64,000 bases of DNA. It comes from Narcine bancroftii (lineage: Eukaryota). Shown one piece after another: positions 20,081 to 31,960 of the stretch. Below the pieces are notes generated by a model. The model searched no databases, was not told where the DNA came from, and saw only the letters and a program-made list of their open reading frames with translations. Positions within the stretch are counted from its first letter, which is position 1. The number at the start of each line of letters is the position of its first letter. The translations under genes and the position numbers were made by a program. The DNA lies in NCBI RefSeq assembly GCF_036971445.1, contig NC_091470.1:80786001-80850000 (forward strand), in the 5' to 3' direction.

Positions 20081-22597
20081 TGTGTTTTTGGACTGCACAC
20101 ATATAACGGCACCATCAAGGAATTTTGCCGCTACACGGGCAGTCTAAAACGGAATGTGCAGGGATTTGGAGTCAATTCCTGCATCACGATTTATCCAGCA
20201 GGACCCCTACAACCTTTTGGACGAAGCCTGCAGTGTAAATCGTACCGGAAAAGTTCATTGACAGTCATCCCCTCGACTACACGTCCAACCACCGGGACTG
20301 TTGCACTCGGATACTTGACTAGTGTGAACGACCACACGGGCAGTAATTATGTTAATTTTTTCAGCGATTTTTCCCGATATTGCAGTCTAAAAGGCGAGGA
20401 GACAAAAGGGCTCAAAGGTTACATTTTATCTCCCCGCTTCGCGTTTTCTTTTTCTTAATTCAACCTAATTGGTTAATACAATAGCACGTTAAAGAATGTC
20501 GCACACGCGAAGCGTTCTATCTCTAAAGAAAACACAGCCCAACCTTAAACCCTGAGCAGCTGCCAATGGCTTGGCGATGTTGAGTACGAAGAAAAGCTTG
20601 GTGCGTCTCGTTGGCTCGCTTACCTCATATTGCAACTGGCGAAGTTAAATCAAGTGAAGTCTACTTGATCTCCTCCAGAATCAAGCGGTGCTGGTCTTTG
20701 TTAATCTAGAAAAACTTTGGCTTTTGTAAAGATTTCCCAGGTAAATGATACAGTACTGCATCTATTCAACGTCCTGCTGATCTGCTCCTCGTTGCCCGCT
20801 TCTGCTGAGCGACTTTAAGTCCTCCGCTGTTTTTCGTGCACCTGTTAATGCGACTGAGCTAAATAACAGCCTGTGCTATTTTCGTTTGGTCATTAATCTA
20901 TTTAGTCCAAACCGTTTAATTGAACTCATGCAGATCTGGCGACAAGTTATCGCCAGTACTCTTGCCAGTTCATTATAAATAACGTGGAACGAAAACAGTA
21001 AAATGACAAGTTCTGCCAGAAGGATAATCAGCTCCGGTTCTTAATTCACGCGCCTCGCGATTAACTAATAATGAAATGAGACCGCTATTTGCACTCTAGT
21101 ATCAGGTTAAAGGCAATGCTTTCGCTGATGCAGCGTAGAATTGCTGGAGATTTCGGGAAAGAGCATGGTCCGTGATAATTACAGTCCTCTGTGATTCCCA
21201 TGAAAGAAGCAGGCGCAGCCCCTTCGGGAAAGAGAGCCTCTCTGCACAAGGAATAAAAAGTTGACCCTGAACATGGGAGCCGCTAATTCTGGATGAAAGA
21301 GAAGGACTAAGATTTTATTAGTAAACCTCCCATCGTTAGCCACGGGAATAAGGCTATATTCTGATATTCTTGCGTCCCGACAGATGGAAGGCAAATGATC
21401 AGATTATCGCAATCAGGAAATCCCTGTCCTGGGCTACTGAGCACTCGAGAAATTAACTAACTGTAAGCATAAACCAGTGAATAACATCTGTCATCTCTGT
21501 ACACGCTGGAAAAGTAATTTGGAACTGAACGATGTCCATATCTGCATCGTCCGAGACCAACAGTTAAGAGGGAATCTGAGCTACCCCCTCTCAAAGTCCG
21601 CCGACCGCAGCAGACAGTGTGGAGAAATGTTAGTGTTGCGCCCGACGATGCTTTGAACATGGGCACCGAAATAGCTGCCTCTTTTTGTGGCAATCGTTCA
21701 GTGAGTCGGCTGTGATTGAACCCCTGAACTCGGCGATATTTATAAACCATGTCATCAGGAAGGCTTGCCATTGTCTTCTTCGGTTCGGTTTTCAAGGTTA
21801 ACAGCTTTCCTTTCTTTTTGCTTTGGACAAAGTGTGCAGATTGAAAAGGAGAGACGTTAATGGGGACTATTATTTCCCATTTGAACGGTCCGGAGAGAAC
21901 GAAACATAATTATCACTTAAAATTATTCTTCGCGGGTCTAAACAAGACCCTGTCTCCATATTCAGAGCTTCCGAACATATCAGTTTTAAAAAGCAAACTT
22001 TCTTATGCTATTAAAAGGGCGAAATATCCGAACTTGGACGGTATCCCCAAATGGATGCGAAATAAACAGGAAACTGTTGGGAATTTCACATCAAATTACT
22101 GATTCTAGAAATACAATTCAGCATTCAGTTCTTTGAGACTTGGCCAGATCGAATGCGCCTTGGCCATGTTCACAGAATCATTACAGACCATGAAATATTG
22201 CTCAGCCGTTTGATGTCAGTTCAAGAAGGCCCGGGAACAACAAAAGTCCGACTCAATTAAACTCATGTTTTGAGTGTCCTGGTACATTTCTCTAAATGGG
22301 ATCTTGTCAAGCTAGTGTGAACATAATAGGAGCAGGAATGGGCCATCTGGACGTCGAAAGTGACCCGCCATTCAAAGGCGGTAATCGGACTCGGCTCCGC
22401 TTAAACGTCTGCTCCGCTCACTTTTTCATTTCCCTCCTCTTCAAAGATCTATCAATTGAAGAAGGAGGGTAGACGGTTAACTTGTATTCCATCCATGATT
22501 CAAAACTAGTGGGCAGGCCAAAACATCGTCCAAGTCGCCAATGGAATATTATTAGCCTTTGCTTTTGGAGGTGTTTGTGATGTTTATCCCTATGTAT

Positions 22598-24076
22598 CTT
22601 TTTCTTTGGCTTGGCTTCGCGGACGAAGATTTATGGAGGGGGTAAAAAGTCCACGTCAGCTGCAGGCTCGTTTGTGGCTGACAGGTCCGATGCGGGACAG
22701 GCAGACACGGTTGCAGCGGCTGCAGGGGAAAATTGGTTGGTTGGGGTTGGGTGTTGGGTTTTTCCTCCTTTGCCTTTTGTCAGTGAGGTGGGCTCTGCGG
22801 TCTTCTTCAAAGGAGGTTGCTGCCCGCCAAACTGTGAGGCGCCAAGATGCACGGTTTGAGGCGTTATCAGCCCACTGGCGGTGGTCAATGTGGCAGGCAC
22901 CAAGAGATTTCTTTAGGCAGTCCTTGTACCTTTTCTTTGGTGCACCTCTGTCACGGTGGCCAGTGGAGAGCTCGCCATATAACATGATCTTGGGAAGGCG
23001 ATGGTCCTCCATTCTGGAGACGTGACCCATCCAGCGCAGCTGGATCTTCAGCAGCATGGACTCGATGCTGTCGACCTCTGCCATCTCGAGTACTTCGACG
23101 TTAGGGGTGTAAGCGCTCCAATGGATGTTGAGGATGGAGCGGAGACAACGCTGGTGGAAGCGTTCTAGGAGCCGTAGGTGGTGCCGGTAGAGGACCCATG
23201 ATTCGGAGTCGAACAGGAGTGTGGGTATGACAACGGCTCTGTATACGCTTATCTTTGTGAGGTTTTTCAGTTGGTTGTTTTTCCAGACTCTTTTGTGTAG
23301 TCTTCCAAAGGCGCTATTTGCCTTGGCGAGTCTGTTGTCTATCTCATTGTCGATCCTTGCATCTGATGAAATGGTGCAGCCGAGATAGGTAAACTGGTTG
23401 ACCGTTTTGAGTTTTGTGTGCCCGATGGAGATGTGGGGGGGCTGGTAGTCATGGTGGGGAGCTGGCTGATGGAGGACCTCAGTTTTCTTCAGGCTGACTT
23501 CCAGGCCAAACATTTTGGCAGTTTCCGCAAAGCAGGACGTCAAGCGCTGAAGAGCTGGCTCTGAATGGGCAACTAAAGCGGCATCATCTGCAAAGAGTAG
23601 TTCACGGACAAGTTTCTCTTGTGTCTTGGTGTGAGCTTGCAGGCGCCTCAGATTGAAGAGACTGCCATCCGTGCGGTACCGGATGTAAACAGCGTCTTCA
23701 TTGTTGGGGTCTTTCATGGCTTGGTTCAGCATCATGCTGAAGAAGATTGAAAAGAGGGTTGGTGCGAGAACACAGCCTTGCTTCACGCCATTGTTAATGG
23801 AGAAGGGTTCAGAGAGCTCATTGCTGTATCTGACCCGACCTTGTTGGTTTTCGTGCAGTTGGATAATCATGTTGAGGAACTTTGGGGGACATCCGATGCG
23901 CTCTAGTATTTGCCAAAGCCCTTTCCTGCTCACGGTGTCGAAGGCTTTGGTGAGGTCAACAAAGGTGATGTAGAGTCCTTTGTTTTGTTCTCTGCACTTT
24001 TCTTGGAGCTGTCTGAGGGCAAAGACCATGTCAGTGGTTCCTCTGTTTGCGCGAAAGCCGCACTGTGATTCTGGGA
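22598..24076 (-). mobile_element. Young 5'-truncated RTE-clade LINE with an open RT frame (22656-24029)
   Basis: Uninterrupted 457-aa ORF with FVDLTKAFD, GVKQGCVLAP, LFADD, YLG; 3' end aagccaagccaaagaaaaaga; possible TSD CTATGTAT (22590/24091). Confidence 0.95.
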
Positions 24077-24102
24077 CAGTGTGACAGTGACTATGTATAT
24101 GT

Positions 24103-24201
24103 CACTGTCAAAGGACAAAAGTGGAAAAACCCAACACCCAACCCCAACCAACCAATTTTCCCTTGCAACCGTGCGAAGTCAAGCCAAAGAAGAAAGAAGA
24201 A
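24103..24201 (+). mobile_element. Short internally deleted RTE 3' fragment
   Basis: Same KNPTPNPNQPIFPCNR segment and aagccaaagaagaa tail as the long RTE, opposite strand. Confidence 0.85.
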
Positions 24202-24575
24202 TATGTGCCTGTGTCTGTATTTATTCGTGTGTATGTGTCTGTCTGTGTGTCTGATTGTGTATGGTGTTTATGCCTGTATGTGTATTTATTCACGTGTGTG
24301 TGTGTGTGATTGTGTGTGCTGTTTATGCCTGTATGTGTATTTATTCACATGTGTCTGTGTGTCTGATTGTGTGTGGTGTTTATGCCTGTATGTGTATTTA
24401 TTCACCTGTGTGTCTGATTGTGTGTGGTGTTTATGCCTGCATGTGTATTTATTCACATGTGTGTGTGTATGTGTGTGTCTGATTGTGTGTGTTGTTTATG
24501 TCTGTATGTGTATTTATTCACATGTGTCTGTGTGTCTGATTGTGTGTGGTGTTTATGCCTGTATGTGTATTTATT

Positions 24576-24634
<59 letters not shown>
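24202..24634. repeat. GT-rich minisatellite (~55-60 bp unit, ~7 copies) ending in (GT)n
   Basis: Repeated gtctgattgtgtgtggtgtttatgcctgtatgtgtatttattcac, then pure GT from about 24578 to 24634. Confidence 0.92.
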
Positions 24635-24635
<1 letters not shown>

Positions 24636-27530
24636 GGGGTAGGGGGTAGGGGTGGAGGCAGAGGTCAGTAATTCTTGTTTTTCTTTGGCTCCATGTTGTG
24701 TTTAGATGCCAAAGAAGTTGTTCCTGATCAGCAGCTCATGTGGCTTTGTCCTGGGACTGGGTTGACTGCTATCATGATTGTTAATTAGCAGCTTCCATCA
24801 AGGTAAGCTGCATTCCCAGGGTAAATTCAGCATCTTTCTCCTATGTATAAGTTTAAAAGCAGTTGCGGGGTAGTATTACCGAGCTAAAAAAAAAATCAGC
24901 CATGAACATGGTAAATGGTGGAAAGTCAGAAGGACTTCACTTAATGTTTATGCACCTAATATAAATGATGAATGTTTTATTTTAGAATTTTTTTGTTGTT
25001 AAATCAGGCTAATGCAAATATCTTAGTTGGGGTAGATTTTAACTGTGTTTTGGACCCTTTATTGGATAGATCTCCAAAAAGTATAAGGAAATCAAAGATG
25101 GCAATAAAAATTGGGGATTTGATGAAAGATTTAAATTTGGTGGATATTTGGAGAAGAGTTAATCCTACAGAGAAAGATTTTTCTTTTTATTCATCTCAGC
25201 ATGATTCATTTTCCAGAATAGATTTTTTTTGGTATCGGCACATTTACAGGGTAGAGTACTACAGGCTGAGTCTAAAAGTAGAGTTATATCGGATCATTCT
25301 TTATTGATTTTTTCTTGTGTAAGTTCAGAAGTGGTATGTTCATCGTATAGATGGAGGTTTAACACAATGTTACTGAAAAAAATGGAGTTTGTTACTTTTG
25401 TTAAAGAACAGATCACTTTGTTTTTGGCTGAGAATGTTAATTCTGTAGATAGTCGTTTTGTATGCACTGAAAGCTTATTTAAGAGGGCAGATCATTAGTT
25501 ATATTACAAGAGTTAAGAAACAATATATGGCAGAGAGTTTAGAGTTGGAGAAACAAATTGTTGAGTTTGAGAAGGAATTTCAGAAAGATGTGACAGAAGA
25601 TTTTAAAAAGTGGCTCTGGCAAACTTGAAATTACATTATAATACATTGCAAACTTATCAATTTGAGCATTTAATTAATTGATCTAAGCAATGTTACTATG
25701 AATTGGGTGAGAAGGCACATAAGTTACTTGCATGGTAATTTAAAATGGAACAGGTTTCATGGACTATTAATGCTGTTAAAAAGAATTCAATAGTTACCTA
25801 TAAACCTCAGGAAATTAATGACCAGTTTTATTCATTTTATCAAAAATTATATACTTCTGAGGGGAAACAGGATAATGGTTCTATTGAATCTTATTTATCT
25901 AAATTAATGTTACTGGTATTAGGGGAGGAAGATGTTATGGAATTGGAATCTCCGTTTACAGATCTTGAGATTAAGGAGGCTATACAGGAGATGCCAAATG
26001 GAAAGTCACCAGGGGATGATGGATTCTCTGGAATTTTATAAAAAAATTATGAAGACTTATCTTCTGTGTTTGGGGGTGTATTACAACAAATAACTGAAGA
26101 ACAGGTGCTACTGGAATCTTGTTCAAGTGCATTAATTACTGTAATTCCAAAAAAAGATAGAGATCCATTGAAAGTGTATTTGTATAGACCTATTTCTTTA
26201 TTGAATGTAGAATATAAAATTATAGCAAAAATGTTAGCAAACTGGCTTGCAAAGTATTTACCTAAGTTGATACATATTGATCAAACAGGTTTTATTAAGA
26301 ATAGGATTGTGTCAGATAATATTCTTCGATTGGTAACTTTGGTCAATGCATATCGAAAGAAGCCCAACCACCCAATGCTAGATGCGGAAGAAACCTTTGA
26401 TAGGGTTGAATGGGATTTTTTTTATTTCAGGTGTTAGAGAAGTTTAAATTTGGTCCTTTTTTATTGGTTGGGTTAAAGCTTTATATACAAACCCAATTGC
26501 TAGGGTGGTGACAAATGGTCAAGTTTCCTTACCATTCAAATTGACACGTTCGACCCAGCAAGGGTGTCCATTGTCACCAGACTTGTTTGCATTGGCTATT
26601 GAACCATTAGCTCAAACAATGAGACAGAATGAAAAGATAAGAGGGATGAGAGTTCTTGATGAGGAATATAAGATTAATCTATTTGCAGATGATGTTTTGA
26701 TATACTTGACAGAACCAAAACAGTCATTGTTACATTTGCAGGAATGTTTATTACAATTTTGAAAATTATCTGGATATAAAGTTAATTGGGATAAGAGTGA
26801 AATTTTGCCAGTTGGAGAGGGTGATTATTAAGAGTATAAAAATATTACAAAATTGAAATGGTCCAATAAAATTAAATATTTAGGAATAACTGTAAATGCT
26901 GATTATCAATCATTATATAAGTTAAATTATGTTTCTTTATTAAAAAGAATAAAGCAGATTTAATTAAATGGAAAGACCTTCCATTAACTTTAATTGGTTG
27001 AGTAAATTGTATTAAGGTGAACATTTTTCCTTGAATCCAATCATTATTTCAGTCGATACCATGTTCCCTTTTAAAGGTTTTTTTTTTCAGGATTTAAATA
27101 AAGTTGTCAGGTGATTCTTATGGAAAGGTAAGTTATCACGGGTAGCATTGTATAAACCTACATGGAAATATGCATTAGGTGGACTTCAGTTACCTCATTT
27201 TCAAAATTTTTATGAAGCAGCTCAGTTGAAATTTATTAGTAGATTGATGGACTTGGACCACCTCCAAGTTGGGTGAAGGTGGAAATTGCTTGTATTTCTG
27301 AAGTGGAGGTGCATCAATTTATATTTCAATGGAATATGAATTTGTTGCGAGATAATAATATGCCAGTATTAAAACATTTGTTAAAGGTATGGACTAGGAG
27401 GAGTCACGTGATGGAGTAGTGGCCGGACAGTGAACTCCAGCCCTCTCCAGAAAAGTCGGGAAAAACAAAGGAAAACACAAAGGCACAGAAATAAAAGTTA
27501 CAGAAAAGTGAGTATAAAGGTGGAAAGAAG

Positions 27531-28760
27531 ATGGCGACAAAAAAAGAAAAATCGAAAGCAACGGTAAGAAGAGAGGAAGAGAAGACAATGGAGGAAAAAG
27601 GTGAAGGCCTTACCTGTTCGAAGAGGCCCGCTGCGGAGAGAGAAACCCGCTCCCTCAGGTCGGTAAATAATGGACTACAAAAATGGCTCGCTGAGCCGAG
27701 TAAAAGTGCGCAATCGCGCATGCGCGACTCTTCGCGCATGCGCGATGCGCATGAAAAAATTCACACCGACGGGAGGGGGGACCAGCTGGGGAGTCAATCT
27801 CCACAGCCGGCAACGACAGCTGCAGAACACCTGCAGCAAGAGGAGACCACAGAAGACAATAGAAACAAGAAAGAAGAGAAGGAAAGGGCAACAAAGAAAC
27901 AACAGATGGCCAACCCAGAGGAAGAAGAAGAGGAAGAGGAAGAGTACAGTGAAATAGAAGAAGAAAAGAAAGGCAAGATAAAAGAGGTACTTTCTCTTAT
28001 TAAAGAATACATGGAGTCATTTAAAGAATGGCAAACACAGGAATTTAATGATTTAAGAAAAAGAATAAACAACACAGAAGAGAAAATGAATAAAATGGAG
28101 ATGACCTTAACAGAAATGGGAAAGAAAATGGACAAGATGGAAGAGCGGGCAGTAGCAGCAGAAATGGAGGTAGAAGACTTAAAAAAGAAATTGGAGGAAT
28201 CTAATAAAAAAACTAAAGAGACACAAGAACTACTAGCTCAAAAAATAGATACAATGGAAAACCATAACAGAAGAAATAACATAAAGATAGTGGGCCTTAA
28301 GGAAGATGAAGAAGGCAAGAATATGAGGGAGTTTATAAAAGAGTGGATCCCTAAGACCCTAGGATGTCCAGAACTACAGCAAGAAATGGAAATAGAAAGG
28401 GCACATAGAGTATTGGCCTCTAAACCACAACCACAACAAAAACCAAGATCTATTGTAGTAAAATTCCTAAGATATACTACAAGAGAAAAGGTACTGGAGA
28501 AGACAATGGAAAAAGTAAGAGAGGGCAACAAACCACTGGAGTATAAAGGGCAAAAAATCTTCATTTATCCAGATATAAGTTTTGAACTCCTAAAGAAGAG
28601 AAAAGAGTTCAATACAGCAAAGGCGATTTTATGGAAGAAAGGGTATAAATTTATACTAAAGCATCCAGCGGTATTGAAAATATTTATTCCAGGACAACAA
28701 AACAGACTATTCTCGGATCCAGAAGAAGCACGAAAATTTGCAGAACAATTACAAAAATAG
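27531..28760 (+). CDS. L1 ORF1p (coiled coil, RRM, CTD), 409 aa; true start may be a later ATG
   Basis: Heptad coiled coil, ENHNRRNNIKIVGLKE, IERAHR, PRSIVVKFL, IFIYPDIS are L1 ORF1p signatures; no stops. Confidence 0.9.
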   Translation: MATKKEKSKATVRREEEKTMEEKGEGLTCSKRPAAERETRSLRSVNNGLQKWLAEPSKSAQSRMRDSSRMRDAHEKIHTDGRGDQLGSQSPQPATTAAEHLQQEETTEDNRNKKEEKERATKKQQMANPEEEEEEEEEYSEIEEEKKGKIKEVLSLIKEYMESFKEWQTQEFNDLRKRINNTEEKMNKMEMTLTEMGKKMDKMEERAVAAEMEVEDLKKKLEESNKKTKETQELLAQKIDTMENHNRRNNIKIVGLKEDEEGKNMREFIKEWIPKTLGCPELQQEMEIERAHRVLASKPQPQQKPRSIVVKFLRYTTREKVLEKTMEKVREGNKPLEYKGQKIFIYPDISFELLKKRKEFNTAKAILWKKGYKFILKHPAVLKIFIPGQQNRLFSDPEEARKFAEQLQK

Positions 28761-28973
28761 ACTGAGGGATGAAGACGGGTAATGAGAGTAAAAATGATCA
28801 TGATTGATATGTATGTGGGTAAAGACAAAAATAGACTGAGGGATGAAGACGGGTAATGAGAGTAAAAATGATCATGATTGATATGTATGTGGGTAAAGAC
28901 AAAAATAGACTGAGGGATGAAGACGGGTAATGAGAGTAAAAATGATCACGATTGATATGTATGCGGGTAAAGA
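28752..28973 (+). repeat. 3 x 74-bp tandem repeat at the L1 ORF1 stop and spacer
   Basis: Units start at 28752, 28826 and 28900 (caaaaatagactgagggatgaagacgg...). Confidence 0.95.
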
Positions 28974-31429
28974 GGTATAAGAGTGAATAGAGACAATGTG
29001 CATACGTGAATGTATCTGTACTTAGAGGAAAATATAGATAGTATAGACAAGAATTAATAAGGGAAGGTAATGGAATAGAGAGAATAAGGAGGGAATTAAA
29101 AGAGTGACCTTTGTGACATATGAAAAGTGAAATCTTTTCTGGGGGGGCTGGGTGGGGGGAAATAGCGGTCACTGTAAAATCAGTTGACGCTTGCGAGTGG
29201 ATTTGCAAATCCAAATGGAGAGGGGAGATGTGGTTGTCCGACAAGGGATAAAGGACAACTCAGGAGGGGAAGGGGAGATTGGGGATAAAGAAGATAGAAA
29301 TAGGAGAATAAGGAAAATGTTGGATGTTGTAGGAATGTTGTCTTATAAAGAGTTGAAAATAAGAAAACAGAAATGGAAAAGGAGGAAAGGTAATGATGGA
29401 AAAATGGAAAGAGAAGATAAACAAAATATAAAATGGCTACGCTGAACTATATGACTTTAAATATTAATGGAATACATAACCAAATTAAAAGGAAGAAACT
29501 ACTAAATTTAAATGAATAAATGTATTCCATTAGAAAAAATAACATATAGGTTAAGAAATAATATTGAAATATTCGAACAAGTATGGGAGCCTTACATTAA
29601 ATACAATAGCGATAACCTACCGGGGACAAACATTACCTAAGTTGATGGAAGGAGAAGGAAAGAAAAGAATGGACTCAGTAGAATTTCTGGTGTATTTTTG
29701 TTGAATGACAACATTGTCTGACTGGCTTAATGCAACCTAGATTGTATACCTAAAATGGATGAGGGGGGTGGTGAGGGGGTGGCTTGGGAGGAGGGAGGGG
29801 GGGGGAGAAAAAGTCACTGTATATGTGTGAAAAAGAAATAGTGTATATCATGGCTAATGTGATTTATGGTGTGAAAAATAAAAAATTAAAAAAAAAAGGT
29901 ATGGACTAGAAGAAATAAGGTTCTATGATCAAAAGGTAAATAATCAATTTTAACCCCATTATATAATAATCAGCTTATTCCTTTTTCATTGTTTAATAAT
30001 CATTTAATAAGTTGGGATTCTAAGGGTATAAAGATATTGCAGAATTGTTTTGAGGAAGGACAACTTCTTTCTTTTAATCAATTGAGGGAATTATTTGATA
30101 TCTCTGAAAATTCTCTGTTTATTACCAACTTAGAGCTTTGGTAAAAGATATCTATAGTAAAGAGATAACACAATGTTATGATTTCCTCTATACCAAAAAA
30201 GGATTTCAGTTATGTATCAAGTTTTACAAAATAGTATGGATAAACTGGACTGGGAGAAGTCTAAGCTTAAATGGGAAAATGATTTAACTTTTATTTTCCC
30301 GGAAAATCATTGGGCGAATATGTGTTATGATAATGTAACAAAATTGATGAATGTACAATATGGAATGATTAATTATAATTTTTTACATCAGTTATATTTA
30401 ACTCTGGAGAAATTGGAAAAAATATGGTTTTAGTAATTTGGATTCTTGTTTTAGATGTGGTTTATGTACTGGAACTTTTTTACATGCTGTTTGGTCCTGT
30501 GTTAAAGTACAACCATTTTGGGAAGAAATTAGGTTAGTTTTGGAAAAATTATACAATATTAAGTTACCATTAGACCCATCTATTTTTCTAATGGGCTACA
30601 TGGTTCCTTTAAGGGGATTGGATAAGTTTCAAATTGCATTTGTATGATTAGTGATGTCTGTGGCACAAAAATGTGTAGCTAATACATGGAAAGATCATAT
30701 AGCAATTAGTATAATACATTGGGATAATGAATTAAAAGCTTGTATTATTATGGAAAAAATTACATCTAATCTGCATGATAATTATTCTTTTTTTTTGTTA
30801 ATAAGTGGCTACCTTATTTAGAATATATGCATTTGGATGTACTTTGATTTATTAAATATTTTTAGCTTTTTTTGTTTATATTCTAGGCTCTCCTTAAGAG
30901 AGATGGCTGATGGGGTGGGAGGGTTTTTTTTTGTTTGTATTTTCTTTTATATATATATTTATACAAAATTGTTCTTATTGGATTGTATACTACTTTTTCT
31001 TAATGATCTTTTAAATAAATAATTTTTTTTTAAATAATGGGGAACACGAATTCCATGGTTTGTAAAATTTAAAAAAGGCACATGTGTAGTGTGCTACATA
31101 ATGTCTGTAATTTTTAAACACAGGATCGAGAAGGAGGACATGCACGTCGTCGAGGCCGTTCAGAAGCCTTGAATATGTCATCTCCGCCAAAGGTCCCCTT
31201 GTTCACTTGAGACGCACAGGAGACTGCAGACGCTGGAGTCTGAAGCTAAACACAATCTGCTGGAGGAACTCAGCGGGTCAAGCAGCATCAGTGGGAGAAA
31301 AGGAATGGTCGAGAATTTGCTGAGTTCCTTAAGTTCATTACTCCGACCATCTTCTGCAATGATTATCTGATGAACGATTTCAATGATCAAGATCTATTAC
31401 ATAGAGATAATCAATTTAAGATCAGGAAA

Positions 31430-31960
31430 GTTCTGCTGCAAGTGTACCGGGTAAAGGAGAGGCCGCATCTGGAGTAATATGTCCCATAAAACACAATGCT
31501 GGAGAAACTCAGCAGGTCAAATAATGTACCGTGTGCAGTTCTCGTCTCCTTATTTGAGAAAAGGTAACTGGGGCTTTGGGGATGGTGCAGAATAAATTCA
31601 CCGGGTTTATTCCAGAGGTGAGTGGGTAGATGGTGTCGCCTGGCGCTGTACAAGAACATAGAAGTTAGAGCGTATTTAGTGGAATTCGGAAGAGAGAATC
31701 TTGTAGAAACTTACAATTTTAAGAAAGGGATAGATGGAGGCAGTTTCCACGTGTAGGTGGAACACAGCGTCAAGATTCGGGGATAGATGGGGAGGAACAA
31801 CCTTTGCCAGAGAGAAGTGAATCTATGGAATTCTCTCCCAAGGAAGCAGTAGAGGCTGCTTTCTTAAATATGTTTAAGACACCGTTGCATGGTGGGCGAA
31901 TTAAGAGTTATGGCGGAAAGGCAAGTAGAGTCCTGGCCAGGTCAGCCATGAATGGCGAAG
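31430..31960 (+). mobile_element. CR1 3' fragment, degenerate
   Basis: RPHLE motif and CR1-like gagagaagtgaatctatggaattctct 3' region. Confidence 0.55.

Larger units (their letters stand above)
27398..29894 (+). mobile_element. ORF1-only non-autonomous L1 (HAL1-like), full 5' end, poly(A), 15-bp TSD
   Basis: TSD AAAGGTATGGACTAG at 27383-27397 and 29895-29909, TT|AAAG site; intact ORF1; ORF2 reduced to its N and C termini (29433-29640); AATAAA then poly(A). Confidence 0.92.
24920..31035 (+). mobile_element. Old 5'-truncated L1 ORF2 (EN-RT-Cys) with stops and frameshifts, interrupted by a younger L1 at 27398-29894
   Basis: LNVYAPN, GVDFN, SRIDFF (EN); YRPISLLN, QGCPLSP, FADD (RT); CFRCG..FLHAVWSC; 3' UTR to about 31030. 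Confidence 0.9.

Noticed and set aside
21457-21795. 112-aa ORF in the CpG-rich region
   Set aside because: No recognisable domain or splice-supported structure.
24047-24649. Cys/Val-rich ORFs up to 200 aa
   Set aside because: Read-through of the GT minisatellite and an RTE fragment.
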